Both the position numbers and the translations under genes were made by a program. A stretch of DNA of 64,000 bases from Torpedo marmorata (lineage: Eukaryota): contig OZ360230.1 of the NCBI GenBank assembly GCA_977017645.1, forward strand, positions 38,626,001 through 38,690,000, read 5' to 3'. Below the pieces are notes generated by a model that saw nothing but the letters and a program-made list of their open reading frames with translations, was not told the DNA's origin and did not search any database. Shown piece by piece: positions 50,653 through 61,640 of the stretch. The stretch's first letter is position 1; each line of letters starts with the position of its first letter.

Positions 50653-52412
50653 TAAATACATTTTCATTAGTTAGCTAGCAGACAAAGCTCTATCTGGAGT
50701 ATAATTTGCAATTTAAACTAAAGGTCAGCAATGGATTTAAGGGAACACACAGCACATATACTCTGCTGTTTTAGAGCTCAATAAAATATGGATATGATTT
50801 ACATGTTTAACTATATATTCATTTACTTGGAAACTACTCTGACTTACCCTACCTCCCCCATTTCCATTCTTCTTTCAAATACATCAGTGAAATTATATTG
50901 CTCTATAAGTAGCAATGGATATAAAATTAATTGGATTTACAATTGAGCTAAACTATTAAAATGACATTGGAGCTATTACAACTTTCTTTGACAATCTCTG
51001 GATTCAGAGTGAAGGTTATGATGCATTTTTAATGTTCAAGGTTTTGACCCTCAAAGTAAATGAAAAGAACACACGAGGAAAAGAGATGTCAAGAGTCACA
51101 GGTGCAGTTTTAGGATTCCTAAAGCCCGTGGCCCTATTGCTGGAACCATATAGCCTGCAGGTGAGATAAATGGTCCCCTGCTGCTGTTAGGCATGCCATG
51201 AATGATACCTCCAGCAAGGCCCTGTGACTAGAAACTAGTCAGCCTTGAAATTAACATCCTGAGGAAAACCTCTTTCTCCCCTCCAGACAACAGCAGCTTA
51301 AGAGAAAAACAACAGATGACAAAGAAGGTTCAGGCAAACAGTGGGGAAGTTACATTCTGTGTTGGAGGAAATGTTTGTTTTTCTATCTCAGTTATGGCAC
51401 TGTGCTTCTAGAGGTAGATAATGCCTTTGGCCAATGGGGGTGATCCCATTGCTTCCTGTAACACACGCACAGCTGAAAGTACAATAAAGGATGGAGACCT
51501 TTGACACTTTAAAGAGCCTTCAATTCAGAGCACTGGGTGTAATTAAATATGCTGATTATTCACCTTTATGCAACAAAGTCTATTGGTAAATCTGATAAAG
51601 GAAGACTGAAGACTCACTCTGCACAGAAAAGGGAAAATCACAATGACATTCATGGAATATTTTTTGATGCTAGAAATATGTCCTAAAACACCTTCTATAT
51701 TCTCCAACCAAAATATTCATAATGGGCTTCAGTCCAAAACAGTAGCTGATGCAAACATTATTCAGGCTAGAATGATTTTAGTAGGGAGGCATGGTTTATT
51801 ACACTCAAGTTTTCCATGCCAGATAAGACTTAGATATTAAATTGATTGGCCACATTTGCAGAAACTTAAGTTATGCAGGTTTACTCTTCAATGGTCTGTA
51901 GACAATGCATACAGGCCTGGCCTTAATGTCATTGCATTCAGGCTCAGCAGATTTTATTGCCTAATTTAAAGAATCATTTTACTTCAATCTTAATACATAT
52001 ACTCAAATAATTTACAAATGCTTCTTATTCTTGGATTGACCTTGTATTTTTCTGCAACCAAAACAGAACACTGCTCTAACCTCCAAAGATCAGCCACTTT
52101 GTAAGAAACAATTGTATTATTGATAAAGGCACTTATATGTCAGAACAACCTTTCTTACTATAATATTAACAATTAAAACAAATGTCAAATATCTGTACAA
52201 TTAAGAAAATGAAGCTGCAGGAAATTAAATTGAAAATACACGTTAATTGTTCTGTATAGAGAAAAGACTGGCTGTGACATTTCAGGTGTATGTTCTATTG
52301 TTATGGGTACTAACTAATATGCTTTTTGTATTAATCTAGGAGGAGTCATTGCCAGGTTGTAACAAAAACTGCTCATCAAATTTGCCTTTTACCGAGGAGT
52401 CACCAAACTTTC

Positions 52413-52557
52413 GGAGTGAAACACGAAAGTCTGCAGACACTGTGATTGTAGTAAAAACAGAGAAATGCTGGAGGAACTCAGCAGGTCTCACAGCATCCAT
52501 AGGAGGTAAAGATACAGTATATAACTGACGTTTCAGGCCTGAGCCCTTCTTCAAGGT
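52413..52557 (-). mobile_element. Solo ~145-bp PLE 3' module (hammerhead plus terminus)
   Basis: Minus strand ccttgaagaagggctcaggcctgaaacgtcag...gactttcgtgtttcactc; 8-bp TSD aaactttc (52405-52412, 52558-52565). Confidence 0.85.
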
Positions 52558-54067
52558 AAACTTTCAGCAAGTTTAATCATTATTAAAGAGGAAGAAAATT
52601 GTATTTATCACCACTCGTTTCAGGTTGCTCCGGAACATTTCAAGGTCAACAAAATACTATTGCCACCAAAATGTGTTCTGCAAGCTCCCACAAATGGTGA
52701 TAAAAGAACCAGCCATGTAGTCTGCATTTTTAAATTGGCGTTTTTTGGCATTGCCTTTGTTCAAAGTAATGTTGTGAGACCTTTTAGGTCCACTTGAAAG
52801 GCAATGACATTTGGTTCAACTTCTTAACCAAAATCTGACATCTCTGACAGTGGAGGATTTCTGCAATAGGGTTTATGTGGTCAATTCTCCATTGGGGCTT
52901 TAACTCATAATCTTCCAACACAGAATCAAATCTGAATGCAATGAACGATGCTTAATGCAATGGAAGTCTTTCTTTACATTTTCACGTTATCCTTACCATC
53001 AATATTCTGTCTTACTAGTACATCCTGACAAACATTCATACAGGTGCATCCACACATTCAGATAATGGAGCATTTCCAATTTAAAATCTTGGACCAATCC
53101 CAAAATTGTGAATAACTGAAACTTTTGTTGGATTACATTTTAGCCTTTATATTACTTGGCTTCCCATATAACAGTAAATTTGAATATTTCCCTGACCTTT
53201 CTCTGCTGTAGTCTGCTCCATAGTGCAGTCCCTCTTGGTGGTGAGGTGTTTATCAAATAAAGAAGTGGTCTCTTGATGATGAAAAGTGATAGCCTGGAGT
53301 GCAAGGCTCACGTGGTTATCCCATAAGCAGAACCACGATCAATTTTGCTGTGCTCTGGTGAAATACCAGGAAATCTGGTATGTTGGCAATCTGATTGTGC
53401 CTTGTAAAGTTTGTTTCTTGTCTGTGATGCCCCGATGATTAAGGCATTGAAGTTTAGTTCCTGCCTGTCAGCATCACAGCCACGGCTTGGTACAGACCCA
53501 GTTGGAGACCAGCATCCAACTGACTTCTGGAAGTACCCTGGATTTTCAGATGAGATTTCCACCATGAAATTTATGTTATTCTATGATGTGTGCCTCATTA
53601 ATGCATTTAGTAATAGGACAGGGTTGGAGGGACACCATTGTTGCCAATTGAATTCATAGTAAAATCTGGAACTTACTCTGGCAAACTAGCACCAACCAAA
53701 AAAAAGTTGTAGCCTTGGAATGATATTGCTAGTTGTTTATTTTGCTGTTATTGATTTTTTACTGCTTCTATTATTGGCCAATTTTTGTATTGAATCTTTA
53801 TTTATCTCATTTGTTTTAGTTTCAGCTTCAGTGACTGTCAAGGCTTCTCTAAGTCATTACTTTTGAAATGTAATCATTTGTAGCTAAATGGAGCAACTAG
53901 CTTTCACACAGCAAGGTCCCATCAAGAACAACATTGTCATTACATGTTCATCTATTTTCAGTGGAGTTCAATGTGAGGAAAACATTGAAAAGACCACGAG
54001 GATAGGTCTCCTTGAGGAGTGCTGTGGCAACTTATACATAAATGAGTTGCCACTGTAGCCTAGATTA

Positions 54068-54685
54068 CACTGGACAACAATTTTTTTTCAAAAGGTTTGC
54101 TTCCTGAAAAGAAATTGGGGATTATGATAGACAACTTCAAGCTGAACTCAAAGATAATTTCAGATTTGCTATATCATGTAGGAAGTTGGAGAAACATTAA
54201 ATTAACTTTTATTGAATTTGGCATGTTTAATCGCATAATGATGCTGACACATTGCGTTAGTTCAACTGACCTAAAAATGTTTTGCCGCTGATTTTCATTT
54301 GTACTCAGCATCTGATGCCTCTTGTGTCAGTATCCAACAATAGTCTGCCAGCATTGATTGATCCCAATTGCCCTGATACCGCTTTTCCATCGTCACAATG
54401 TCCTGATGAAACCTTTCACCATGTCCATCACCGACTGCACCAAGATCAGCAGGGAAGAAGTCCAAGTGCGAATGCGGAAGATGAATTTTCAATGACATGT
54501 TGCACTGTATGGTTTTGTAAGCTTGAAGTAGACTTAAAATATGACAGGAAATCACAAAAATAGGTTATATCTAAAAACAACGGTACATAATAGGAAAATT
54601 TTAAGGTAATTTTCATGCTCAGCAGCCCAAAATCCATAAAATACACCCAAAAGTGTTCAGGAAGCAAAGTCTTCGCTGTCCAGTG
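54068..54685 (-). mobile_element. Chapaev3-like non-autonomous DNA transposon
   Basis: TIRs CACTGGACAAC / GCTGTCCAGTG; 3-bp TSD tta (54065-54067, 54686-54688); transposase C-terminus CNMSLKIHLPHSHLDFFPADLGAVGDGHGERFHQDIVTMEKRYQG...MLADYCW. Confidence 0.75.
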
Positions 54686-55244
54686 TTATGGCTCCTGGGT
54701 GGGGTTGGACATGAAACTCAAAAGGATAAAGAAATGGGAATGTTAATGCCATGCTAAGAGTAATGCCCCTTAATAGGGCCCCTTCCTCAACTTAGTAAAA
54801 ATTAAATGTCAATCTCTGCTGCTTGAAGGAAGTTCAAGTTGTTGTTAGGAGATATTACCAATGCAGTTATGCTCCTGCCCAGGAAACTGTGACCATTTCC
54901 ATAATCTGTGCTCCCCATGATTCAGATTACACTTTATCAGCTAAACTTAAAGAAGAAGATAATGAAAAGTCTGTTGAGTTCATTGGGAATACCAAAAATA
55001 GATATACTTCTTTGATGTCTCCACAGCCTTCTTGATCCTGCAGTATAAAACAACATCATACACAGGATTTCAAAAATAAGAAACTATTTGTATTCCCATT
55101 TTTATTTTCAGTTGACCAACATTGTTTTCAATGAGTTACAATTCTAAAAGTTGCTGTGGAGGGAAATATCTGTCAGATTCCAAGCAGCACGTGATCTGGC
55201 AGAGATTTTTGTAAATTTGTTAGCCACAAGGATAAGCCAGGAAA

Positions 55245-56725
55245 CTACAGGCTGTGGGCCTTACATCAGTGGTGGGAAAGTTATTGGAAGGGATTCTGAG
55301 AGAAAGGATTTATTTGCATTTAGAAAGGCAATAACTGATTAGAGACAGGTTGCATGGCTTTGTGTGTGGGAAATCATGTCTTTTTGAACAGGTGATCAAG
55401 ATGATTGACGAGGGAAAGGCAGTTAACAATGCCTAAATGGACTTTAGCAAGGCCCTTGACAAGGTCGCACATGGTAAAGGGTAAAAAAAGGGTAAAGGTT
55501 CCATTATTGTCACGTAATACTACACTTAGAATGTAACATACATGAAATTCTTTAATTTTTGTCTACCGTAAGGCAGACAGAGGGTCGCTACTTTGTCCAG
55601 CACCCCTCACAGAAACCTACAGCACCTGGTGTCCCTAGGCGGTCTCCCCTCCAAATACTGACCAGTCCTGTGCCTGCTTAGCTTCCAAGATCAGACAATC
55701 CCAGTCGTATTCAGGCAATGGCAGACTAGTTCAGATGGTATGAATACATGAAACCAGAGTGAACTGGCCAATAGGGTAAAAAAAATGGCTTTGAGGTGGG
55801 AGGATTTACGATAGTGGAGGGTTGTTTATTGTGAGTGGAGGCCTGTGACCTCTGGTGCGCTCCAGGGATTGGTGCTGGGTTCCCGTTATATGTCATCAAT
55901 ATTAACGATTTGGATGAAAATGTTGATGGCATGTTCATTTACTGTATAGATGTTTTGTTTATCTTTCTCTCTCACTGTAAGGGGCACCGGACAATGCTAA
56001 TGGTGGCTCTTTGTCTGCCTTACAGCAGCAGGCAGGGCAATTTCGTGTAATATCACATGTTCTGTACTATTACATGACAATCTTGAAAATTATCCAAAAT
56101 TGGTGGTATACTGTATTGGGCAATGATTGTCCAAGATTACAAAAGGATCTAGATCAACTGGGAAAGTGGGCAAACAAATGGCATATGAAATTTAACTCAA
56201 ACAAATCTCAAGTGATGCATTTTGGGAAGTTCAACCAGGCCATGCCATGGACAGTGAGTGACAGAGCTCTGTGGAGAGTTGTTGAATGGAGAGACTTTTG
56301 AGGTACAAGTATAGTTTCTTAAATTGGCAGCACGGGTAGGCAGGATCATAAGGAAGGCATGACGGAGGTATATAGTTATGAGGAGCATAGATAGGGTAGA
56401 TAGCCAGAGTCTGTTTCCCATGGTAAGGCATCTAAAACTAGAGGACATAGGTTTAATGTGAGAGGGAGGACCTTTAGAAGGGATCTGAAGGGTAAATTGT
56501 TTACACAGAGTAGTTTGTATCTGGAAAGAGCTGCCAGAGGTGGTGATGGAGGAGGGAGTAGGACCAACATTGAAAAGACAATTGGACAGTTACTTTAATG
56601 AGCAAGGTATGGAGGCATATGGAATGTGTACAGGCAAGTTGGTTTAGTATAGATAGGCACAATGGTTGGCATTAATACAGTGGGCTAAATGAACTGTTTC
56701 TATGCTATACAACACTACATCTCTA
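55245..56725 (+). mobile_element. Degenerate CR1 LINE with nested inserts
   Basis: PGNYRL...DFSKALDKV...INDLDE...LQKDLDQLGKWANKWHMKFN. Confidence 0.8.
55477..55716 (-). mobile_element. 5S rRNA-derived SINE (SINE3-type)
   Basis: 55613-55716 minus strand: cctgaatacg...gtctgatcttggaagctaagcagg...ctggtcagtatttggaggggagaccgcctagggacaccaggtgctgtaggttt (5S internal promoter region), then LINE-type tail and (ccttta)n repeats. Confidence 0.85.
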
Positions 56726-58675
56726 TGACATGAAATTTCTCCTTCAGATTTGAAGATGCTCCAAGCAGTGCCCAATTAAAAGTGTTTTCGATCTATAAGT
56801 GAGGCTCCATGGATGTGTGCTTGCTCAAAATACGAGTTGAGAAGCTTTCTGCAGTTTGAATGGAATCTCCTCATCCTCAGCACCGGATGCGATGTTGGAA
56901 AATAGATCTTCATGTATTTGTAAAACTGACTCCCATTGGGTGAGTATATACAAACATAGGAAATGGTGCTGTGGAACTGGTCACCATTACATTAAATTTT
57001 GTGCATCACAATTAATTTACTGTAGGATTCTAAGGAAGATAGACTGAAAAGAAAGCGATCAGTCTTATTTATGGTGTTGTCGACATCAGGACAACCCATG
57101 CGTGAGCTGAAATGGATTTTTGCTTGATAGACATGTTGAAATCTCCCCTGGCTGAATCCTGGAGGACCATAATACTAATGCGCTTCTAAAATGCTCAGCT
57201 ATTGGAGTTTATAGATTGAAATAAACCTTTGCTAAAGTAATTTATGGAATTTGGTATTCATTAGTATGTAGGATCCAAAGGGATTCTTATCAATAATAAA
57301 CAAATTTTACTGAAATATCCAAACTCCTCCAAGGTATCCAATATAGCCTTCAGACATTAGTGAATGCAAATCTCACAGCAATTCAATTGTATTTTTTCAG
57401 GTGAGGCATATGTCCATTTTGACAAAATAATTGTAATGTCGTTTGGTAGATTGAGAGGAAATACATTATTGAGATCTGTAAAATACTGAATAGAGAAGGT
57501 AATCAGGATATAAGCTAATAATTTAATTTAAAATGTAATTACAGAGCAAGAGGGCACAAGTACAAATTGCTCAGTCTCAAATGACCTTAGAAATTAAAAG
57601 AGATTTTTCCCCCATATTTTACCATCGGAAGCAGCTAATACCTGCTAATTAACTCAATTAAAAAGATGTGATTATTTATCTTATCCAAATTGGGGGTAGC
57701 TTTAAACTTAAATATGGACATAAATTATCAGTTAATCATTAAAAACTTAAAGCCCCTGAAATTCGTTTTACTAGTGAAATCCTAATGAACAAGGTTGGTC
57801 AGCAATGATTCTTTGGTATAATTGTAGAGTCTACTGAAGTTCATTATGGAGGCTTACATATAATAAATAGTCAGGCAAGCTGTTACAGAGCAAATAATAT
57901 CAAATGTTATTTATATCTCAACAGGAAGACAACAAGATAAAATTCAACTTTTGACATCATTGGACAAATGATGCTCATTTCTATTTATTGACCAGATCTC
58001 ATTGCTCCTTATGTGTCAAAGTACAAATCACGAATGTAATGTAATACTCTCCACTGGCTGGATGGGTAAAGCAGTAATGAACATACGAGTTAGGAGCAGG
58101 AGTGGGTCCCCAACCTCTTCAGCCTGCTCCAGATCAAGGCTGATCTGACTGAAACCTTGACGTTGTATTCCTGTCTACCTGCAGTATCTGTTAACCCTCT
58201 TGCTTATCAAGAATCTTCCTACTTCTGTCTTAAAAATATTTTAATTCTGCCTCTTTGAAGAACATACATGATTTTCTGAAAGAAAATACATTTATCTCAG
58301 CTCTGTTGTAACCGAGTTTCCTCTTAATTTTAACCTGTGACCTTCAGTTAAAGATTCTTCACAACAGGAAATATCCTCATCACATCTATCCTGTCATGTC
58401 CCCTTTGGCTCTTATATTCTTCAATCGTCCCATCTCATTTTTCTGAATTCCATCACATACAAGTCTAATCAATCTGATCTGTTCTTTAAGAGAACTTGCC
58501 CATTTCAGGTCTAATAAGCTTTTTCTAAACTGCTGTCAACATATTTACCACCTTAAATAAGGTCACACGGTACTCCAGATGTGGTGCCATTAATGCTCTG
58601 GTGCAAAACCAGCTCTTATGTACTCTGTTCCCCTAGCAAGAAACAATAACATTCTGTTACATTTCCTAATTTCCT

Positions 58676-59325
58676 CTCCTGGGGATAGCACATCGAGGCA
58701 ACTGTTAAAAAGGCACACCATGCCTTTTACTTTCTAAGGAGTTTGAGGAGGTTCTGTATGTTGTCAAATACTCTGTTCAACTTCTACAGGTGTACATTGG
58801 AATGTATACTGATTGACTGCATCACAGCCTGGTTTAGAAACTTGAATGCCCAGGATCACAGAAAGGCTGCAGACAGTGGCAGACTTAGCCAAGTCCATCA
58901 GAGGCACAGACCTGCTGGCCACAGAAGATACCCATGTGTGGCGTTGCCTCAAGAAAGCTGGCATAACCATGAAAGACCCCTGTTACCTTGCTCTCTTCTT
59001 GCTGTTACCTTCAGGCAAAAGGCACAGAAGTCTGAAGTCCAGTACCACGAGGTTCAAGAATAATTTTTTTTAAACAGGTATCAGGTGCTTGAACCCCCGT
59101 GCATGACCCTTATCACAACACTACTCCAAGACCACCACTAATCTGTCTGCACTACTGACTCAGACCTATTTTTACACTTTGACCAACTGTGAATATTTTT
59201 ATCCTCTTCGTTTTATATTATGATCTTTTTTCTCTTCTTCTGTGCTGGTGATTTATGCTCCTGGGAAGCTACAAGAAAGCGTTACATCTGCACATTGCTC
59301 TTGTGTATACGGCAATAAATTTAAA
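58676..59325 (+). mobile_element. Rex1/Babar-type LINE 3' portion
   Basis: FNFYRCTLECILIDCITAWF...LLPSGKRHRSLKSSTTRFKNNFF. Confidence 0.8.
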
Positions 59326-60141
59326 CCTGCATTTTTTGAATTTTATGGAAAAACAAATACAGTTTTTCTTCACTACTAATGCTTCTCCAACTATTTCTAA
59401 TCTGATTGTATGGGACACTATGAAAGCATATCTGAGAGGGCAAATTATTTCTTATACAGCTAACATAAAGAAGAGGACTAATAAGGAAAGATTGGAATTA
59501 ATTAATCAGATTAAACAAATTGATTTACAATACGCTCAAGATAAAAATCCTGATTTATATAAAAGGAGACTTGAACTTAAAACTAAATTTGATCTTCTTT
59601 CTACTTATCCTATTGAACAGCAACTTTTGAGGAGTAAGAGTCAGTTCTACATTCATGGTGAAAAGTCTGGTAATATTTTGGCTAGCCAACTGAAAGGAAT
59701 GGCTGCTAAAAGACAAATTAATAAGATTCGGATGGGAGATGGTACGGAGACTACTGACCATTCTAAAATAAATGATACCTTTAGAGGATTCTATTCCAGA
59801 TTGTATACTTCTGAATCTAATAAAGATTGTACTTCAATGTGGGATTTTCTGGACTACCTTAATCTGCCTACGCTTTCTCAGAATAATTGTACAAGTCTGG
59901 AGGCACCTATTTCTCAAGAAGAAATATTATTGCCAATTTCCTCTTTACAATCTGATAAATCTCCAGGACCTGATGGATACCCCGTTGAATTTTATAAATC
60001 CTTTTCCAAATGGCTTGTGCCTCATTTAAGTTCAGTGTTTAATGATTCATTTAAACATAGGAATCTTCCATTATCTTTTAATGAAGCTTGTATTTTTCTT
60101 ATTTTGAAAAAAGGGAAGGACCCTTCTGAATGTGCTTCTTA

Positions 60142-61640
60142 AAAAAACACAAATTCTGGAGAAACTCAGCAGGTCAAACAGTGTCTTTTATGTAGCAAAG
60201 GTAGAAATACATAACCAACATTTCGGGCTTGAGCCCTTCATCAAAGTATGAGAAAATGCCGGCAGGCGTCCGAACAAAGGAGTGAGGGGGGAAGGGGGAT
60301 GGCAAAGGCAGGAGATGATAGGTGGAGAAAGGAGGGAGGGGACTACAGCAAAGAGAGGGAGGAGGGATGGTTTGGTAGCTGGAGAAAAACAGGAAGGACA
60401 GGTGAGGGGGGAGGGGAAGGGAACGACAAGCAGGTTTAGTGGAAAGCAGAAAAGTCAATGTTAATGCCATCTAGCTGGAGAGTGCTGAGACGGAATATGA
60501 GATGTTGTTCCTCCAATTTGCGGGTAGTCTGGGTGGGATAGTACATGAGGCCATGGACAGACATGTGAGTGTGGGAGTGTGACCCGGAATTGAAAAAGTT
60601 GGTTACTGGGAGGTCGCTGTTGTTGCGGACGGAGAGGAGGTGCTCAGCAAAGCAGTCTCCCAATCTACGACCGGTCTCTCCAATGTAGAGAAAGCCACAA
60701 AGGGAGCACCGGATGCAGTAAATAAGTTCTCTGGATGTACAAGTGAAGTGTAGTTTCACTTGGAAGGCCTGTTTGGGGCCCTGGACTGTGGTGAGGGGGG
60801 AGGTGTGGGAGCAGGTGTTGCACTTCCTGCGGGCACAGGGGAAGGTTCCGGGGGTGCGATGGGTGGGGAGGGATGAGTGCACGAGTGAATCGCGGAGGGA
60901 GCGGTCCCTACGGAAGGCCGAGAGGGGAGGAGAAGGAAAAATGTGTCTGGTGGTGGGATCCTGTAGTAAGTGCCGGAAATTCCGGCGGATAATGTGTTAG
61001 ATGCGGAGGCTGGTGGGGTGGTAGGTGAGGATAAGGGGGATTCTATGTTTGTTGCGTCTGGGGGCAGAGGGGGCCAGGGCAGATGAGCGGGAAATGGAGG
61101 AGATGCGGGTGAGGGCTGAGTTGATGGTGGTGGAGGGGAAGCCACATTTGTGGAAAAAGGAAGACATTTCAGAAGATCTGGGGTGGAACACCTCATCTAG
61201 GGAACAGATGCGGCGGAGGCGGAGAAATTGAGAGAAGGGGATGGAGTCCTTGCAGGGGACAGGGTGTGAGGATGTGTAGCCCAGATAGTTGTGGGAGTTG
61301 GAGGGTTTGTAGTAAATGTCGGTGGAAAGCTTGTCTCCCGAGATGGAGACAGAGAGATCCAGGAAAGGGAGAGTGTTATCGGAGATGGACCAGGTGAGTT
61401 TGAGATCGTGGTGAAAGTTGGATGCGAAGTGGATGAAGTTGACAAGCTCATCGCGGGTGTATGAGGCAGCCCCGATGTAGTCGTCAATATACCAGAGGAA
61501 GAGATGAGGGGTCTTGCCTGTGTAGGCTTGCAGCATGGATTGCTCCACAAAGCCCACAAATAGGCAGGCGTAGCTGGGACCCATGCGGGTACCCATGGCT
61601 ACTCCTTTGATTTGGAGGAAGTGGGATGAGTTGAAGGAGA
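60142..61640 (-). mobile_element. Penelope-like retroelement, left arm (RT C-half, GIY-YIG, 3'UTR)
   Basis: QIKGVAMGTRMGPSYACLF...WYIDD...FLDL; IYCIRCSLCGFLYIGETGRRL; one internal stop near 60997. Confidence 0.93.

Noticed and set aside
55613-55716. Functional 5S rRNA gene
   Set aside because: 5'-truncated, diverged, fused to a LINE-type tail and nested in a CR1, so it is a SINE head.
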